From NCBI GenBank assembly GCA_965655095.1, contig OZ296655.1:14632001-14696000 (forward strand): DNA of 64,000 nt, given 5' to 3'. Position 1 is the first letter of the stretch. Every line of letters begins with the position of its first letter. Made by a program: the position numbers and the translations under genes. This DNA comes from Haplodiscus bocki (taxonomy: Eukaryota). Under the pieces are notes generated by a model, which was given only the letters and a program-made list of their open reading frames with translations, searched no databases and was not told where the DNA came from. This document shows, piece after piece, positions 58,801 through 64,000 of this stretch.

Positions 58801-61800
58801 AAACGCCTATTAATTCTGCTTGCCGGTTAAATCCGCAGTGCTATTTAAATTGAACAGCTCTCCAAACCATCAAAAGTCAGTTTAAATCAGAATTTGACAA
58901 AGAACGAAGAAGAGTTTAGGCAAGGCAGCGAGTAGATCCCATAGCGCTTAGTTTGGGACGATCTTTCCGAATTTTTGAACTGTAAAACCCCGAAGAAAAG
59001 ATTGCGCATTCTCCGAAAAGGATACATCAACTTTAGCCTGGTTCTGGTTTGCTAACTTGTTGGTGTTTAATTTGTTCAATGCACTATTAGCCTTCGCTTT
59101 AATGCAGCTGACCAATTTTTTTGGTTTTTTCTGAATACGTTTTCGGGCAATCGCTATTACATGTTTACATTGCTCATCATAGATTCATCGTTTCGAAAAT
59201 AGGCCAAAACTTGTTTTGAAATTAGCGGGTGAAATGAAATCTGAGAAAAATGGATTTTTCACTGCAGACGTTAGTGGATTTTCAGTAACTTTCGATTCGT
59301 GTCTGACAGTTTTACATTTGGGCAGAAACAATAGGAGAAGATACTTGTACACCCAACCAAAGTTCGACAAGCTGGTGATAAGAGATCCTTTCGTGCCAAC
59401 TATCTAATAGGCTCTACTGAGATTGAAACATTGTTTATTGCTCTAAATCTAAAGTGCTTACTTTATTTTAAACTAAGCAGATAGTCAAGCATAAGTGCTA
59501 GAGCCTAAAAAGGTGTCCCTCAGTCCAAGTGACCGAAGATCCTTAAAATCAATTGCGTTTCTTTGCCATTGTTTCTCATTTTCACAATTTCCGTTCTGTG
59601 GAAAAAATTTGGCAACTAAACGAAGCTGGAAACAACGATTGCTCGTTATACTTTTTTTATCAGGCACATGTGCCACACTCTTTCTGTGTTACCTCACAAA
59701 ATGAGGCAGATGGAGAAAAGAAACTGCCATGTCTGTTTCTGAACATTGCCCCGCCAACATCAAAGCGTCCGCACAAAGCTCAAAATCAAAATTCAAGAAG
59801 CGATTCTCACGAAATCACATGAAGGCTCCAGCATTAGCGGATGTGGAAACGCGGAGAAAAACATTCGACCGCTCGACTGATCTAATTTTCGATTGGATCA
59901 AACCATTGGATTGAAGTTTCGCTCAATTGCTTTCTGTTTATAAACAATACAAAAATATGGCAGATCAAGAACTGCAAAATGCGCCCAATTGTGAAGGATT
60001 AGATACTGACCGTGAACAGTAATTTATTATAATATTCCGTACCGAAGAAACACCTTCTACATAAAGCAAATACACAGCTTATAGTTAATCTAGAACCAAT
60101 CCAAGATATTTGGGTCCGTGAGTCTACACTACACAACGCTGCCAGATAGTTATCGAATGTTATTGAATAGATTGGATAGATAATTTGTCACCTAGTCTGT
60201 GACGTGGCAAAATTGCCCAAACAAGAAATTCTTTCGATTTGTTTTTCCGTAGTTTGTTTTGAATTCCAAGAAGCACGCGCACTTTCCTAAAGTCCTAACA
60301 ATGTTCACTTTTTCAAATTTTGTCCATATGCCTCTGATTCCAATTGGAGCTGTGAAGACCAATCACACACATTGCTCTACCCAAAGCACCATTGACGTTA
60401 TTGTTCGATCGTGGGAGCATCAAGCCTTGAAATTGAAATATCGTACTTACTTGTCTGTCCAATCTATCCAATAACACTCAATAACTATCTGACAGCGTCG
60501 TGTAATAGAAACTCACGGAACCAAACACCCGAGATTGGTTTTAGATTAACTATAAGTTGGTTCAAACTGCCAGTATGAAGCCTGAAAATCAGTGCACTGC
60601 TCCTAGCACATATTGAGACAACATTCGATAGAATTGAGTTTTTCGCAGGACCTAAGTTCAGTGGGAAAACATCGAGACAGATTTCGAGTCTTCAGTAATT
60701 TGTGAAAAAGGTGCTTGTTCCAGGTCTTCTGATCAAGCACTCATCCGATAGTCCATGCATTACTTAATCTGTAGAACAAGATGTTGGGTAACAACATCCA
60801 GCCATCAAAGCGAGAAACCTGCACAACAAAGAAACGAAAATACACAATGCTGACTGAAAAAAAGTAGATTGGAGATTTCTAGTGAAGTGAAAGAATAAAA
60901 GTTTTTGACTTCATGAAAATTCAATCGGAACTTCTCAAAAAGCAATACGTTGACGATGGTCAGTTTACGATAACTTCGCATCATTTTGTGAAAATATGGC
61001 CAACTAAAGTGGCAAAGTTTGATTGCCTCAATCTTTAGCAACCACAAACTGAAAGCCCTTGAGAAAGTCTTGAAACTTCTATTGAAAGCGGAGAGAACAG
61101 AATTGCTTAATGCCGTTTGTGACTTTTGCCTGCTGAAAACTGCCATCTTTACCGAACGCGGGAACAAAGATCTATATTTGAAAACATGAAACACAGTGGG
61201 CAAAAAAAGTTTTTTGCTTTATGTAGAAGGTGCTTCTTCAGTACGGACTAATGAGATAAATTACTGTTCACGAACACTACCTCTATTTTCACAATTGGGC
61301 GCACTTTGCAGTTCTTGAATTATCTTTTAGAAAAACACATTGAAACTTGAAAACTGAGTTGTTGAAGTTAGCTCATCGGATGCATTTTCAGTATTTTGTT
61401 CTGATGCATCAACATTTTTAGAGTTTGATCTTATCTTTGAGGATCATTTAGTCAAAGTGAGTTTTTGTTTCGTTTGTTATAATTTTTGAGCCGTAGTTGG
61501 TGAACCATTAGAAGTTCAAACAGCGCTGTTTCTTGAGTTTACTCAGATCAAAAAAAAGAACATTTGCTGTTAGTAACATACCTATCAGCTGCATCTAAGT
61601 TTTCACTGATCAACATTAAACAGCAGCTTGTATCTGTGGCAATGGTTTTCGAAATCAATCCCACGCACCTATAGTTCACAGTCGAATAGTTTTGGTAATG
61701 CAATAGCAAAATCTCCTGAAAACCGCTGCCTGGACTCTGATTGTTCATGAACGTTGGAAAACGTTGCCTCCGGAAACAAACTTCGTCCAAGTTTTAAGTT

Positions 61801-64000
61801 TTCCCTTTTTGTTTTGGAAGCTGATCAAAAAACGTTCCCATATCCTATTCCGGCTTTCATGGTATTTTGCTATGAACACACTGTCAACAATAGAAAGAAA
61901 ATCTTCCGAAAAAGTCAAGTCTTTCGGAAAAATTGGAATAGGTTTGAATGAGAATTCTACTCTTGTGTTTTTAGCACCAATTATAACTTCCTACTCTTTG
62001 TCGTTTGATCGATGTAAAGTTTTGTGAGAACTGATTTGCAACAATGGGGCTAAAAGAAAATTTCCTTTTGTTGTTTGTAGTTTTGTTTTCGAGCTCTCAC
62101 TGTGTTGTACATAAAAGGTACAGTTGATAACTGATGTCTGCAACCACCGTTTTTGATGTCGTTTTATGAAACGAAGGTACTTCCCCAATGATTTGGCATT
62201 TTTAGGTGAACCTTTTGCAGTGATGAAATTAGTTGCTGGACAGCTGAACAATTTGCAGTAAACGTTATTACAGTTTAGAAACATGAACCACATTTTTGAA
62301 GTGAGATTGCAACAGAATGGGTTCTTTAAAGAGTCTTTCTGCGGGATAATGCGACAGTAACTGTGGATTGATGTCACTGTTTTGTTCAGGCTCAATCGAG
62401 AAGACAGTACCCTTTTTCAATTGTTTTTGGATATTTGAATTCAATTTTTGTGAAGTCCATGTCATAGAACTGCAGGTTTTTCAGAAACTGTTTTGTTTCA
62501 AGTTGAAGTTCATCTTACGTCCAATTGTTTACCCAACGTCGTTTTGGTCCTGCCCAAAACTTTATCTGAAATGATTAATTGCGATGGCTAAACTACAACC
62601 AACTTTGCTTCAGAATGCGTCGGGTGCGGCATTTTGAGGTAGAAATTGGACTGAGAATAGCGTGAGACTAACGTTGGTGTTTCGTAACATGGTTTCGAGC
62701 TCACCCCGACTTGTTCAACAAACGTTTATAAACTAACGTGCGCTTTCAGATGTAATTTTTAAAGAAACGCACCATTTTCAGGATTTTGGTGTTCCGAGTT
62801 TTTGGACTTGTGCGTAATTCTTCTCCAATATGGTTTGTCGGCTCATTCAAATTTGTGGGTCAATTGTTTACGTAATGTCAGAGCTCCAGAAAATTCATTC
62901 GATGTAAGTTTGCAAGAGAAAAACATTTTAAAATAGACTTGTGCTTCTGAGTAACTGAAGAGTAACTCTTCATTGCTCCCAAGTTACGTTTTTGCTTCTC
63001 GCAAGCATATATCCAAATTTTAGGTTAGTTTAGACAACAAAAAAAACCATGTGGGTTGGGATTTTCTCAAAACTTCGAGTTTTATGACAGGATTGTCTTT
63101 TTTGTAATTTGAGGCTATTGGTCAATTGTTTTGCAATTTGGCTCTGGGGTTGCCGGTATTTTACATCTTGTAGGTATGTAGGAGTTGATTAGTTAAGGCC
63201 GACTGTGTAGAACAAACATTTTGAGATGAAATATCAGACCATGGCATTTTCATATACTTACTGTGTTTAATGGAAAAAAACAATAGTAATTTTTATTTGC
63301 TTTCAAATCACTATTGGGTTGTGACAAGGCCATTCAACTTTTTAGTAGTTGGAGGACTGAAGCTACAATTTGTTGATGGATTTGTAAGGGAACGGCAGTT
63401 TTGGAATTCTTTGCTTTTAAATAATGTCTTACTAACTCTCGCTTTTTTCAATATAATTTTTGGCTTGTTAGGTCTAGCGCTTGAAATGTTTAGTTGAAGA
63501 TTTTGACTGTCTGAAATCGCTTTTTTGATGTGACCTCGATAAAACATTGCACTTTTCAACAAAATTTTTGGTCATCGCCATTAGGAGTTGCCTTGATTTT
63601 TCTCAGAAGATGGCTTTTTTGCTCCTCAAGACTAGTAAATCAAATGTTAGTTGCCGTTTTAGCACAATTCTTTTGACATGATTTTGCAAAACAAGGCATT
63701 TCCGGAGGCCTTTTAAAATTTCCATCACATAATAGTGGCGTTCCTTTGATTGCTACCATTTGGTTTTTCAATTTTCCCAAAACAATACCATAAAAAAGTT
63801 GAGTTCCAATTTTAATCGTTTTGTAGAATTTGCACTCATCCACAAAGATTCAATCAAAATTGAAGTTGTAAAAGGAGCATTTTGAAGTCAGTTTGTGGAA
63901 CAACTGATTCGCCAGGAAGTGTTTTGCTTTGAGGCGTTATGACACTAACGTTTATTTGTTCTACCAATATGCTTACCGACTCACCCACACTTGTTCATGA
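55845..64000. repeat. Multi-kb degenerate inverted repeat: left arm ~55845-60070, right arm ~61200-64000+
   Basis: Mirror ORFs (56889-57092- vs 62368-62574+; 57467-57709- vs 61764-62027+) and reverse-complement matches at 55881-55980/63860-63960, 56220-56300/63560-63640 and 59965-60070/61200-61320. Element class unknown. Confidence 0.88.

Noticed and set aside
59216-59407. QPKFDK peptide suggesting a Polinton packaging ATPase
   Set aside because: No Walker A/B motifs nearby; likely a chance match.

Overview
AT-rich eukaryotic (animal) genomic window, not prokaryotic. One host gene is present: a minus-strand, multi-exon Cut/Cux-family transcription factor. I could build 11 phase-consistent GT-AG exons between 24784 and 11385 (about 954 aa, first exon not located). 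It has an N-terminal CASP/Cux coiled coil, one highly degenerate CUT repeat and two recognisable ones, and I found no homeodomain exon in the window. The rest is mostly decayed transposable elements. There are four Ty3/Gypsy LTR-retrotransposon relics, all on the minus strand: (A) 1-~5900, with the integrase core deleted and a signal-peptide ORF3; (B) ~28200-31200, an orphan env; (C) ~31500-45814, a complex retrovirus-like element (LTR, PBS, gag, PR, RT, RNase H, IN, a TARG1/OARD1-type macrodomain, a ~2.3 kb glycoprotein-like accessory region and a class-I fusion env); (D) ~48530-54987, without env. Also present: a non-autonomous hAT element with TIRs and TSD inserted in a tRNA-derived SINE, hAT and CRE-like remnants, two ancient ~170-190 bp tandem arrays, a 625 bp templated duplication, and a multi-kb degenerate inverted repeat at the right end. 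All family assignments come from motif recognition by eye, not database searches.
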